The position numbers and the translations under genes are program-made. This document shows positions 49,796 to 63,336 of a stretch of 64,000 nt of DNA, piece by piece. Within the stretch, counting starts at the first letter, position 1. Every line of letters begins with the position of its first letter. The DNA is from Centroscyllium fabricii (Eukaryota). A model generated the notes under the pieces. The model saw only the letters and a list, made by a program, of their open reading frames with translations. It was not told the origin of the DNA and searched no databases. The stretch covers positions 337,714,001 to 337,778,000 of the forward strand of contig JBNRSN020000001.1 in the NCBI GenBank assembly GCA_051313645.2, given 5' to 3'.

Positions 49796-50760
49796 CACAA
49801 AGAACTGAAATTAGCCTCAGCAGCCTTGACCAGGGGTGGGACGGATGTTTCTGGTTCTGTTTCTGAGTCAGTGATTATGCTGGAATGTATGTTGGTGTGA
49901 TTATCAGTTAAGTACAGGACTGAACTTATCTGTGATGCTCTTTATGGTCGAATATCCTGCTGACATGACTATTTAGGGTTACACATGAAGAATGGCCTCT
50001 TGGGTAAGGCTTGTTGACATCCATGCAACCGTGTCACAGTATGAGCCAGGACTGTCAGAGGGAGGGGGGAAACTCCATAATAACATCAGTCAATGTTTAT
50101 GTGGTTAACATACAAATCAGACAAATCAGTTCTGCTGGAAAATCTTCCTAATTTATCTGGAAAAATAGTTTTTAAATCCACTGAAATGATTGGATTTCAA
50201 ATGTAAAAATTATTAGAATTTCATCAACACAGCACCTCCCGCCCCCGCTTCCAAGAAACAAAAATGATCCGTCAACATGTGTCAAACCATACATCATTGA
50301 GACTTGAATCCCAATTAGGAAACGATCCAAACTCAGCCACAAACCTGATCATTTCACTACAACTATCAAAGTCAGACTACTAATAGGCAAAAGAGGACGG
50401 TTCCGATTAGCAGAGAAGTTTTTACACATGGTTCCATTCAGCCTCAACCCCAACTTCGTTATGCACCAGAGCATGCACAGGGTACTTTGAAGTTAGCACA
50501 GCAACAGACAGCACAGGAATATTAACATTTTTACAAATGCAATCACACAACCATAAAAATACTTGGTCTGCTTCTGGCCTATCAAGCTTAGTTTCATTCA
50601 TCACATTTTCCTGTTTATAAATGTACTTAAACTAATATTAAATACATGCATTATCAGACATCATTAACTCAGTATAATGATATGTCCAGTCATCAAGATT
50701 AGAACTTCATTTCACCTTGAAAGCATAGCTTTGAAACCCAATTCATATATGCACTTCAGA

Positions 50761-51432
50761 CACGGTGGCACAGTGGTTAGCACTGTTGCCACACAGCACT
50801 GGAGACCCGGGTTCAAATCCAGCCTCAGGTACTATCTGTTCCTGGTACTAGGGACAGGGTCACTGGCAAGGCTTGGAAGCTAAGCAGAGCCAGGCCTGGT
50901 TAGTACTTGGATGGGTGACCACCAGGGAATACCAGGTGCAGAAGGTCACGAAAAGAGCCCCGGGGAGAGGCGGTTGGCTGAAGATTGTCGGAATGATGGA
51001 AAGATGGAATGGCGCCGCGCACAGACGCAGCGGCTTTGCTGGACTCTTGGGAGCTTGCAAGATCACATTTCGTTGTTCATGTACTTGTACATTGTACAAT
51101 GACAATAAAGTTGAATTATTATTATTATTATCTGTGTGGAGTTTGCACATTCTCCCCGTGTCTGCGTGGGTTTCCTCCGGGTGCTCCGGTTTCCTCCCAC
51201 AGTCCAAAGATGTGCGGGTTAGGTTGATTGGCCAGGATAAATTGACCCTTAGTGTTAGGGGGATGGAGTGTGTGGAGTTACGGGGATAGGGTGGGATATG
51301 TGTTGATTCAGGCTCGATAGGGATCGAGGGATATGGGGAGAGGGTAGGGGCGGGATACTGGGTTTGGATGATCAGCCATGATCTCATTGAAGGGCCGAAT
51401 GGCCTACTCCTGCTCCTAGTTTCTATGTTTCT
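50761..51432 (+). mobile_element. V-SINE split by a 5S-derived SINE
   Basis: Head 50761-50838; body and tail 51129-51432. Confidence 0.88.
50839..51128 (+). mobile_element. 5S rRNA-derived SINE (SINE3-like), copy 2
   Basis: GAAGCTAAGCAGAGCCAGGCCTGGTTAGTACTTGGATGGGTGACCACCAGGGAATACCAGGTGC; TATCTG duplication; (TTA)n tail. Confidence 0.82.
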
Positions 51433-53712
51433 AATTGTCACATCTCAAACTTACTGCACCTAACTAACAAGTGTCTTCATAGATGTTCTGTGCAGTAACT
51501 GCCTCCACTCCCAGGTTTACATTGTACACCGTAATTATTAATGTTGATAGGCAATTGGTGATGTTTATTTTAATCAAAGCCTGTTAATTATCTCAGTTTT
51601 TACATAAACTTTGAGGCTATGGAAAGTACAAAGCACTGCATAAGCATGTCGTATTTTATTGCACTTATGAAGCTGTACTTCAGACTAACAGTCAAGTGTT
51701 TAACAACTTCCATCACAAGTACAAGACAATCTTGTTATTACTGTTACTGATTATCTTGGGAGGTCTTCGTCCAGAGTTTGCACAACATATGTCTTATAAT
51801 ACAGAACAGCGATGTTGTTGAAACTATCAATAATCAGACTACCATATTGAAATACTTAATTCAGGCTTTTTATGCATAATTTGAACCACCAAATGTGTAG
51901 AACCCAAACTTTGACTATCTATAACTGCAGCATGGGGAGGTAAGTAAACACGATACGAATACCTGGAATACACGGCAGAATTACATTTGCCTTCCTTTGT
52001 GAACACTTCACCAAAAGGTGCCTCTCATTATCACAGTTTCTCCTTCAGGTGGGGGGGGGGGGGGGGGCGAGAAGGATTGTGGCCTGCCAATCACCTTCAA
52101 TACTGCTCCATCATCAACTGAAGACTGCGCTCTTCAAATTATCCTTTATATTTGCATTCTCCTGGAAGCTGCGCATTGATCTGGGTGACTGTGAAAATGA
52201 TTGCTGTTCTGCAGTCAGCCTGTACACTGCAGACTGAAGTGCAACTAAAGGTTGAATGCCAGGCAATTTGCCTCCCTTTGATCATGTAGGCATCTCTGAA
52301 TTATTTGGTGTAATGTTCAATAGCAAAAGCAAGATCAACACCTCACCATCTGGGGCAAACCTGAGTATGAAGATTAGTCATGGTTAGGGTTCAGGTCTGG
52401 CAATCTATGGATTTGTACATTGCTTTCATGCCCATCTGGGATATTCATTTCTGGGGGGTTCCCTAAATCATGGAGCCTGGTTGGCAATTCATCTTAAGAG
52501 GAGAAAAAGTCAAATGTCACTCAGGAATGGAGCTTAAACTGGTGACCTTCTTAGCCAGGAACTGAATTTCTTCTGGCTTGATTTAGGGGTAACAGTTTTA
52601 TTTTCCTCATTTTAAAAAATGAACAAATTCGAGAAGGAATGTTCTGTTGCTTCCAACGGCATCTGACCCCCACCACTTCCACCGTTACGAAACTAAAAAC
52701 AATCTTCAAACGGGGAGGTACTTTCCCGCCGTGCTTCTTAAAGGCATCTTAAAATACTTTACAGGGGGTTGTAAGGAGAGACAGAGAACCGCTTCGCTTT
52801 TGATTTGTTGAGATTCGGTTTAGTCCAAAACAAAAAAAGGCCACTAACAAGAGGGTGGGATTATGTGAGAAGGCTGCTTGCCCTCACCCTCAAACATCGC
52901 ATCAACCCTTATTCAAAGCGTGTCGCCGTGCACAGTGGGGTGGGACGGCTCCGCTTCTTTAAGGGGGCTGTGTTGGTCGGATGACGCGCCTGGAGGAAAT
53001 CCTTGTCTGGCAGGTGGTGATGTCAGTGTTTCTTGCGATGCCTGGGCTTGGTGCTGGAGCGGGGAGTGACTGAGTCAGTGAGAGAGAGAGAGAGAGAGCC
53101 AACGAGCGAGTGACTGCTGCTGGAATCCAGTCCACACAATGGACTCCGAGTGACCACGTCCAGCCCGGAGCAAGACAACCGCATACCATCAGACAAGTAA
53201 GGACCACCTTTAAACACTATATATACACACACACACACGTTGCCCGTGTGTTCCTCATGACTTGGTGAGCCGAAATGCTGAGAATACTAACCGTGCGATT
53301 GTAACCACACGACTGATGGAGACTGGAGCGGGCAGAGGTGAGGGTTGGGAAGCCCATATGTCTTCATGCGGCAAGTCAGGGGGAGGGCGTGGACCGCAGT
53401 AACTAAAAGTGCCATTCCGATTCTAAAATGCCACCCACTCCCATGTAAATAAGAGTTTGCACGGCGTTGGCCTCGCTGACAGGCCGCCCCATGGATTGAG
53501 ACCGCTTGTGTGTGTCGGGCAATGTCCGAACCGAGCGCTCCACAAACCCCACCCAGCAACTGCACTCCACACAGTCAGTCAGCGCCTCAGCCTTTCGCTG
53601 TGAACGGTCGGGTAATGTGTCAGAAACCACGGCGAGCTCGATATCGGGTGTCACTTCCACCACACCGTTCCAGTTTTAACATTTCTGCTTGTTTGCCACT
53701 TTCCGCTCGATT

Positions 53713-53744
<32 letters not shown>

Positions 53745-53867
53745 AGAGTTGAATAAAGAGGCCAGTTAGTTTACCTGAACCTTCAAATAATCACCACCAA
53801 TCCCGTCAGAACACTGAGAAGGATGCCAGCTCCTCCCTGGTTCCCGCTTACAAACGAAAAGTAGCCT

Positions 53868-54093
53868 TGATGTGGAGGTGCCGGTGTTGGACTGGGGTGG
53901 ACAAATGTAAGAAGTCACAACACCAGGTTATAGTCCAACAGACTTCTAACCATCGAGCATTGTTCTCTGACTATATATGCTGTGCCTATGTGCATCTCTT
54001 CACTTCACCTGAGGAAGGAGCAGCGCTCCGAAAGCTTGTGATTTCAAATAAAACTGTTGGACTATAACCTGGTGTTGTGTGACTTCTTACATT
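53868..54093. mobile_element. Second Penelope-like family inverted terminal structure
   Basis: Inverted arms ~53904-53940 and 54055-54093 enclosing a hammerhead motif. Confidence 0.75.
54005..54041 (+). ncRNA. Minimal type I hammerhead ribozyme motif (family 2)
   Basis: UCAC-CUGAGGA-A-GGAGC-AGC-GCUCC-GAAA-GCUU-GUGA: perfect stems I and II, palindromic AAGCUU stem III. Confidence 0.8.
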
Positions 54094-57000
54094 CGGAAAC
54101 AAAAGTGATAGGGTAACTTTGGTCCTAATAACTCGCCATTAGATCCATTATAAAGTGAGTTTGAGGAGAACCTTTCTCCAACTCTGGCTACCGCGGGACA
54201 GAAGCGGCCTGTGTAAGTGGCAGGTTTCTGTGAGTTATCAATTAGGCGAACGAGGCCAAGTGTTGTTTTCCAACACTGAATGTTTAGTTACCGGATACAA
54301 GGATGGAAGCAGCAACTACAGCCTAACCGGATTGTTTGGTTGCGGGCACGGCGCAGTCTGATGACACCTCTCTGTTCCCACAAGCTGTCTCCTAAATGTG
54401 CTTCCCTTTTTCTTGCCGAAATGTTTCTTTAAAGCAATGATTAAGCGGGTCATGCCTATGGCGGGTGAGTTTAGTCGAGTATCTAGCACAGAGCGGTTGA
54501 TCCAACATCTTCACTTCAATCCAAACTGCTTCCCAGTGACAGCCTCCCCCTTTTTTTTTAAACAGTACTGTACCTAACATCCAGGTTTAACATAAATCAC
54601 AACCAGCCCGCGAAGAAGTCACGGGAATTCACCGACTGCCCACAACAGGGGTTGGTTAATGTTACTTTTCTCGCACTGACAAGGAGGTGATATTCGCTGA
54701 AATTGTGCTTCGGGGCTGAATTCACCCCTCGAAAAAAAACCTCCCCCCCCCCCCCCCCCCTCACATCCTCCCAAAAGTGTCCCTCCCAAGCGATGTCGTT
54801 TGAGAAAATACATTTCAGTTTTATGCAGTCAGCAATAGTTCTTCTAATTCCACGTTGCCCACAATGTCGTTATATCCAGAGAGGTCGAAGTTTTCAGGTA
54901 CAATCATCAAGACGTTTACTACTTCTGAAAATGAAGTTCAGCCTGAAGAAGCAGCGACTAAAAAGCGAATTATTTAAGCGTCAAATTACAATGGATTTTT
55001 GGTGGGCCAATCCTTTGTGCAGGCCTCGGCGCCATTTATTACATCAGTTGATATCTAACTGCATTTCAGGACAATATGTAAACTGTCAGGACATGCCAGG
55101 AATGCATTGGGCGGTCAGAAAATTGACCGCTACAGTTAGATCATCTGCTTTATAAAACTATAGAATGCAGCTCACACCATGCTTCAGCGGCACACAAACA
55201 TGTGTGTGTATATATATTACAAACATTTTTTTTAAAGAGAACGACGAACCTGAGTCTGGACAGGAGACCATCTTGAATGAGCTCATCCTCTTCTCTGAGA
55301 CCTGGAAATTAACACGTCTGCTCAGTTTGACATGAAAGGACAGTAAATGTTTGCACACAGTTCACAACCTTTTATAGTTAGACGAAAAATGTGGCCACTG
55401 CTTCCCCAGCCGGAACCCTGTCGTCTCATTGCAGCCCACAAGATTTCGGAGTGTTCCGATTACCTTTCCCACTAGACAGACAAAAGGACTAAATTGTGCC
55501 AAATATAAATCGGCTGAGTGCAATTCGCGCTTCTCCCAGGGGCATTCGCACGGTTCCAATCTCCCGGACAGCCAGGCGCTTTGCAATATTCACTGTGGCG
55601 AGTTCCGATGCTAGAGTTTGTGTCTATCGATCAGCCGCTTCCAGCGTTACACTATCGTGTAGCAAACATTCCAGCCACATTTTTGAGAGAAAGACATACC
55701 GATTTGTTTCCCTTCTGCAAAACCAAGGTGTATATTCTTTCAAGCTATTAATAATGGATTATATTTTACCAGCAGAGTGTAACACAAGAACTCACTGCGT
55801 TCCAGTACTCATTCCTCGACCTGAGCCGATTGTTCTGTGCAATAACGTCCCAGAGCTCAGTTTTTGCATTAAAAACAATGATTGTGCTGTTGGCCCCATT
55901 GAACGACTCCGGTATGTCTCATACATACAAAACGCATTTTAACTTGCATGTGCACGGCTGTGTGTGCGTTAAAGTGGCGTTTAGAGCCCAGAAACAGGGC
56001 GTTCGGCTCAACAGGTCTGTGTCGGTGTTTATTTTCCACACCAGCCTCCTCCCACCTCACCTCATCTCACCCTTTCGACAAGCTTCAATTCCTTTCCTCC
56101 CTCATGCACATTTTGCTCAAAACGGTCGATTTGATGAATTTTATTCATTAGATTATGCTGCTAGTACATGAGCATCGAACATTTTGAAGGTTTTATTAAA
56201 CAATTACATTGTTTCAGATGTAATTTTTCCTGGTCAAAAGTCGAATACATGAACAAAAAAGAGATTTTCCTATAACGACCAAATGTAAAAAGGTCTCAAC
56301 GTTTAAAAAAGCGTCCACTGTTCAGAAGAGCAGAACTGCTCATTGTAAGATAGCTGCAGTGTGATCAGTTCTGTTGCCCATTTTGCAAGAGTCGCTGGTG
56401 AGGCAGACGGCGCTGTGTGATTAGTCTGAGGGCTCGGGTTTCCACAGGGCTATTTAAAGAATGCTGTGTACAGGAACTCACCTGGTAACAGACGGCGGCT
56501 GCTTTTCCACGGCCATTGGATCGGCCGGAAGCTAGCAGGCGCAGGGTCAGGTGTGTTCAGGAGGTTGGCTTTTCCTCCCCCCTCTTACTGTCCCGTGTAC
56601 ACACCCAGTTCCCCAGCTGCCCCCCGCCCAAGCACAGCACTGGCTGCCGAGACCAGAAAGAGGGGTTCATTCACCCCCTCACTCACTCACTCAGCACTGC
56701 TGGAGGCTTCAAGCGATTTGAGGCCAGGGGGAGGCGATCCGGCAGACCAGGCCGGCCGAGCAAACCCTATTTCAGAACAAATGGCAAAAGGAAAACTGAC
56801 CTGGTCGCTAATAATCAGCTGGGGGGGACAGAGAGAGACAATACGTAACAGCATGCCACAACCTGAGGGACAATGACTGACCAACATGCACACATGCACG
56901 CACACACAGGCAGAAAATGACCAACATTGACTGTGATATTGATTGAAACTGCATTTAAGCTATATATCTACTGATATTACTACGGATGCGGCTGTATATA

Positions 57001-59391
57001 CTCTGTTAGTACTGTTGTTATTACGTCTAATAATGTATTTTATATATATGTTATAAATGTATTTCTATGTATGTTACAATGCTTTGGCAACAAAGGTTGA
57101 TGCCATTCATGCCAATAAAGCTATTTGAATTTGAATTTGAATTTGAGAGACTGTGCTTCGGTGGGCGTTGCACGTTAAGCAGTCTTTCTCTTATCTCGTT
57201 TAATATCGGATACAGCCCGCTTCATCAAAATTCATTAAAATAAAGAAATCCGCCAACCTATTGGGACTCGCTGGGAGGAGAGGTCTGCCGAATTCGCAGG
57301 AATACTCCAGGCGTTAATTCCAAACGTATTGAAACCCCCTTTTGGACGGCGTGCATCACTTTGTTGCAACAATAAGCGGATATTTGATTAAGACAGCTCA
57401 CTGAGGATTCCCCCGGGACCTCACCTAACACGGGGGGGGGGGGCATCGGGGGGGGGGGGGCATCTGGGACTGGTGCAGAGCGGCCCCCAAGTCCCTCTGG
57501 GTTTATTCCTCCAACTCACACTCTTCCCCCCCCCCCCCCCCTTCTCCACATCAAAGCTACAGGGCCAAAGATGTCCTTTCATCGTTGCATCGACAGCAGA
57601 TGCAGTTATTCCAAGTTCTTGAACTCGAACACAGAATTGGTCCTACAGTGGGTGAACTGTGAAGTAAAAGGTCGTTTACATTATTTTATTTAACATTAAG
57701 TAAGTGGGGGGGGGGGGGGGGAGGACAAAGAAATAGCGTTTTAACTGCACAATGCGCGAGTTTTTAGTGCAATATTACTTTGGTGCTGTTCGCTCAGAAT
57801 AACGTGACTCTCAATTGCACGGGTCCCATTTTATTTCTGTGGTTGCCAAGGTTACAAAGCAATGCCTTATTTATGATTCTTTCTGTGTCTCCCAGATTAA
57901 ACCTTCTTGGGGGAATAAAAATATTACTATGCATATATAAACTATCCGTTCAGTTGTATAAACAGCTTCAACCTAATTCAGAGTGGTTCTAATTACAGAA
58001 CCACACTGCAAAGAGGCGATTTTTAAATATTAATGATTGTGGAAAGGATTGTTGCCCTTTTAAATTTTCTACATCCTGGTGCTGCCGTTTCTATGGCGAC
58101 GTTTACCCATTCTCTAAAAGGAGCTAAATAAGACCAGGATTGTGCTGTGGGCGGGTGGGCGTGTGACGGGGTGGTTTTACTGCACTTGCCCATTTCCTAT
58201 ATAAACGTTACTGACGCGGTAGTAAATGCACCAACATATATAATTATCAAAATAACAACCGTGCCATCAAATAGACGAGCCAAGAGAAACTAAGGTTGAT
58301 ATGTTACTTCAATAAATCGGGGCATTAAATTAATTACTGTGCTGACATTAAAACTGGTCACTTCAAACGAGTCTCCCGGTCATAAATCAGATTGTTTTAT
58401 AGAAGTTTTTTTTGTTGCCTAGTTGGTAGGCATACTCTATGTAGGATGATTGGAGATGTTTACATCAGTGTGACAAAGCAGCTTGACATCTGCCATTCAA
58501 GTTCCAAATAACTTCAATTGCAAATAAAGCCCCCATTGAGCCAAACTGGAGGACAGATTCATTTCAAAGGTTTACTCTATTTAAAAAAAAAACTTTTTTT
58601 CATCTGACTTTTTACTTCTCTTACTCATTACAACATATGTTTATAGTATATTATAAATTCAAGTCCCAAAGTAAGAGTACATCAGATATCACCCAGCAAT
58701 TCATTTAACATATACACAGGTTATTTTTGACCCTATCACAAAGCAGAGCTTACAACGTTATCCCTGACTCATGTCCCCCCCCCCAAAAAAAACCCAAAAG
58801 GCCATATGATGAGAAATAAACGACTATCCAGTTTAAAGGCAGTTGAATTAACAGTGGACTTTCTGGACCAAAAAGGTAGCTGGCAATGAATGTATGTTTT
58901 GAAAAATATATAAACATTTATTACTGCACACAAATGCATGCAACCTGATTTAGGGATTTGAGAACTACAGGGAGTTAAGTTTTTGACTGTTCTACCTTGT
59001 ATCACACTCGATCATCTATTACTTTCAATCTTGGAATTCTGCCCCAAGTTCAACGTCTTAGGAAAAAAGCATTATAGACACATGAAATATAGTTACAATT
59101 TCACCTAAATGGGTTTGTTGTCGTTTTTGCTCAGTCAACAACATACTTATTGAGATGAATCAGTTGTAATTAAATGAACTTTGATTAGGATTTATTTCAA
59201 CAAAGCTTCAACACCCTAAATGTTCCTACTTCCCCCCACCAATTTCCTCCCTTCTGAAGGCATTGAGTTCCAGTTAGGATATGGTTCTGGTCACACTCCT
59301 GCACATCACCCAAGTGGTCATTCTAAAAGTGTGAGTATTGACAGTGAGTTAGACAGGTTATTCAACCACGGGGGGCATTATAGCCAAGATC

Positions 59392-60430
59392 GAAACGGAT
59401 CGTTTTCTGAGTGGCAGGCGGTGACTAGTGGGGTGCCACAGGGATCTGTCCTGGGACCCCAGCTGTTCACAATATATATTAATGATCTGGACCAGGGAAT
59501 TGGATGCAACATCTCCAAATTTGCAGACGACACTAAACTAGGAGGGGGGGTGGGCTCTGAAGAGTATGTCAGGAAGCTCCAGTGCGATTTGGACAAGTTG
59601 GGGGAATGGGCAGATACATGGCAAATGCACTGTAATGTGGAAAAATTTGGGGGCAAAAACAGGAGGGCAGATTATTATTTAAATGGCAATAGATTGGGAG
59701 ATGGGGAAGTGCAGAGAGACCTGGGTGTTCTTGTGCACCAGTCACTGAGGGCGAGCATGCAGGTGCAACAGGCGGTTAAGAAGGCAAATGGTATGTTGGC
59801 CTTCATATCAAGAGGGTTCGAGTATAGGAATAAGGATACCTTACTACAGCTGTACAAGGCACTGGTGAGACCACACCTTGAGTATTGTGTACAGTTTTGG
59901 TCCCCTCATTTGAGGAAGGATGTTCTTGCCATGGAAGGAGTGCAGCGGCGATTCACCAGGATGATACCTGGAATGGCAGGAATGACTTACGAGGAGAGAT
60001 TGTGTAGTTTGGGCTTGTACTCGCTGGAGTTTAGAAGATTGAGAGGGGATCTCATCGAAACATATAAAATTCTGACTGGCCTGGACAGGTTAGATTCAGA
60101 AAGAATGTTTCCAATGGCGGGGGAGTCCAGAACCAGGGGCCACAGCCTAAGGATAAGGGGTAAACCATTTAGGACAGATTTGAGGAAGAATTTCTTCTCC
60201 CAGAGAGTGGTGAGCCTGTGGAATTCCTTGCCACAGAGGGCAGTGGAGGCCAGTTCATTAAATATATTTAAGAGGGAATTGGATATATTTCTTCAGGCTA
60301 AAGGGATTAAGGGTTACGGAGAGAAGACGGGGACGGGGTACTGAACTTGACAGATCAGCCATGATCTCAGCCAAAGATCAGCCATGATCTCATTGAATGG
60401 CAGAGCAGGCTCCTATCTTCTATGTTTCTA
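59392..60430 (+). mobile_element. Young 5'-truncated CR1 LINE, open frame to the natural stop (60344)
   Basis: SGVPQGSVLGPQLFTIYINDL, SKFADDTKLGG, RPHLEYCVQFWSP; CR1 tail. Confidence 0.95.
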
Positions 60431-61039
60431 TCCTCACGTGATATCTCTAGATGTTCACTTCCAGCAGCGGCCAATAGATAATGCTCTCGAGCCTGAACCC
60501 TGGCTGATTTTCCCCACCCTAACCTCGGGGCACTAAAGCCAATTTTAACTCTCTTACTGATATCTGGTAACCACACAGATGGGGAGTCAACCATGGGATC
60601 CTCTGTGCACCTCAGACATAATATTCAAGGCTATTTAAGCAACTAACATTGATAGAAGGACATTACAGTATTTTATTCTGCATCTTTTACAGATACAGGG
60701 TACAAGATATTGCAAAAATAATGCTATAGTTCAATTACTTTCCAATTGTATGCATTCAGTTTATAGAAATCTAGAGTTTACGTGTAGATAATGTATACAG
60801 TAGCCATGGTACTGTATACAATTTACCATCTCTGATCTTAATTACAAATATTCAGTAGCAACGGGTCCAACAGTTGACTGCTAAACCAATTGGGAATATT
60901 TGTTGCTGCCAGACAATTAAAAGTTTTTTTAAAATTGTGAACTCCAATTTGACAGCTAAATTATATCAGAAACTAGAGGAATGTTTCTTAGATTAAGCAG
61001 GAAAGATGATGAGGAGTTGGGGGTCAGATTTTAAAGCAG

Positions 61040-62651
61040 TATTTGTTGGGAAATGGGGTTAGAGAAATTGATGGGATTGAAGGCCGATAAATCCCCAGGG
61101 CCTGATAATCTACATCCTAGGGTACTTAAGGAAGTGGCCCTAGAAATAGTGGATGCATTGCTGGTCATCTTCCAAAATTCGATAGACTCTGGAACAGTAC
61201 CCATGGATTGGAGGACAGCTAATGTTACCCCACTATTCAAAAAAGGTGGTAGAGAGAAAACAGGGAATTACAGCCTGACATCAGTAGTGGGGAAAATGCC
61301 AGAGTCCATTATAAAAGATGTAATAGCAGAGTACTTGGAAAATAGTGACCGGATCAGACAAAGTCAACATGGATTTACAAAAGGTAAATCGTGCTTGACT
61401 AATCTACTGGAATTTTTGCGGATGTAACTGGCAAAATAGATAAGGGAGAACCAGTAGATGTGGTGTATTTGTACTTTCAAAAGGCTTTCCATAAGGTCCG
61501 CATAAGAGATTAGCGTGTAAAGTTAAGGCACATGGGATTGGGGGCAAGGTATTGACTTGGATAGAGAACTGGTTGGCAGACAGGAAGCAAGGAGTTGGAA
61601 TAAACAGGTCTTTTTCCGAGTGGCAGGCAGTGACTAGTGGGGTACTGCAGGGATCGGTCCTTGGACTCCAGCTATTCACAATATATATTAATGATCTGGA
61701 TGAGGGAACTAGATGTATTATCTCCAAATTTGCAGATGACACAAAGCTGGGTGGGCGTGTGTGCTGTGAGGAGGATGCCGAGAAACTCCAGTATGATTTG
61801 GATAGGTTGGGTGATTGGGCAGAAGCTTGGCAGATGCAGTATAATGTGGATAAATGTGAGGTTATCCACTTTGGTGTCAAAAAAAGGCAGATTATTATCT
61901 GAATGGCAATAGATTGGGAGAAGGGGAAGTGCAACGAGACTTTGGTGTCCTTGTGCACCAGTCATTGAAGGTAAGCATGCAGGTGCAGCAGGCGGTTAAG
62001 AAAGCAAATGGAATGTTGGCTTTTGTAGCAAGAGGGTTTGAGTACAGGAACAAGGATGTCTTGCTGCAGTTGTACAGGGCCTTGGTGAGACGATATCTTG
62101 AGTATTGCGTACAGTTTTGGTCGCCTTATCTAAGAAAGGATGTTCTTGCCATGGAAGGAGTGCAGCGAAGATTCACCAGGCTGATACCTGGGATGGTAGG
62201 ATTGATGCATGAGGAGAGATTGGGTCAATTGGGCTTATACTCGCTGGAGTTTAGGAGAATGAGAGGGGATCTCATTGAAACTTATAAAATTCTAACAGGA
62301 CTGGACAGAATAGATGCAGGAAGGATGTTCCCGATGGCGGGGGAGTCCAGAACCAGGGGTCATAGTCTAAGGATAAGGGGTAAGCCATTTAGGACAGAGA
62401 TGAGGAGGAATTTCTTCTCCCAGAGAGTGGTGAACCTGTAGAATTCTCTGCCACAGAAGGCAGTAGAGGCCAATTCATTAAATATATTCAAGAAAGAGTT
62501 GGATATATTTAAGGCTGAAGGGATCAAGGGATATGGGGAGAAAGCAGGGACAGGGTACTGAATTTGGATGATCAGCCATGATCGCATTGAATGGCGGAGC
62601 AGGCTCGAGGGGCCGAATGGCCTACTCCTGCTCCTATCTTCTATGTTTCTA
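61040..62651 (+). mobile_element. 5'-truncated CR1 LINE with frameshifts
   Basis: KSPGPDNLHPRVLKE, QHGFTKGKSCLTNLLEF, KFADDTKLGG, CR1 tail. Confidence 0.95.
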
Positions 62652-63336
62652 GTAATGAAAAAGGATATTGCACTGTGTTTTGTGTGGCAGGACTGCTAGT
62701 ATTTGTGTGAGATCATGCAACAGTGCAATGTACCCTACCAGTAGGCAAATCCTGCCTGTGTAGTTACATAAGTGAAATACAGAGTTTTCAAACCAATCCT
62801 GCATCTTGACCCACTGCCCTTTTCCCTCCTAACCTTTGAGGATGGTAGTGTATTTTCTGCATTAAAATAAAAGAGAATAGTCGGCACCTCGATGTAATCT
62901 AATCATGGGGATTCAAATAAAGTAATAAATTGAGAGAATGATGCTCACTTTATAGTTATGACACCATTAGATTAGTACTTGGAAATCACTCCCTTTATAC
63001 CATTTTACTTGCTTGTGTGCTTTTCAACTATTTTTGAGATGCACTATTGATGGTGAAGGCTGAAATAGTTCAGAGTACAATGCATACAAAAAATATTGTC
63101 TTGTGAAATGGAACAAAATGCTTTAATTAGGTTTTATTTTGCTGCTGTTTACCAGGACTCACCATCATATGTATATATTAATTAAATTAGATTTAAGTAA
63201 TGAGGTACCAGTTTATTGGAATAGTGTAGGTGACCAAAAAGTGATAACATTCTATTGGGCACAACTGGTTGTACACAGGAGATTTGGCGATTTATAAAGG
63301 ATTAGAATATATAGATAATGCAATAATTGTCAGGAG

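Noticed and set aside
52340-52400. Possible distal LIN28B coding exon (GCCCCAGATG|GTGAGG)
   Set aside because: Its ATG gives phase 2, out of frame with exon 2; the phase-1 frame has a stop and no start.
59220-60344. 374-aa host gene
   Set aside because: Truncated CR1 ORF2 fused by chance to upstream SINE sequence.
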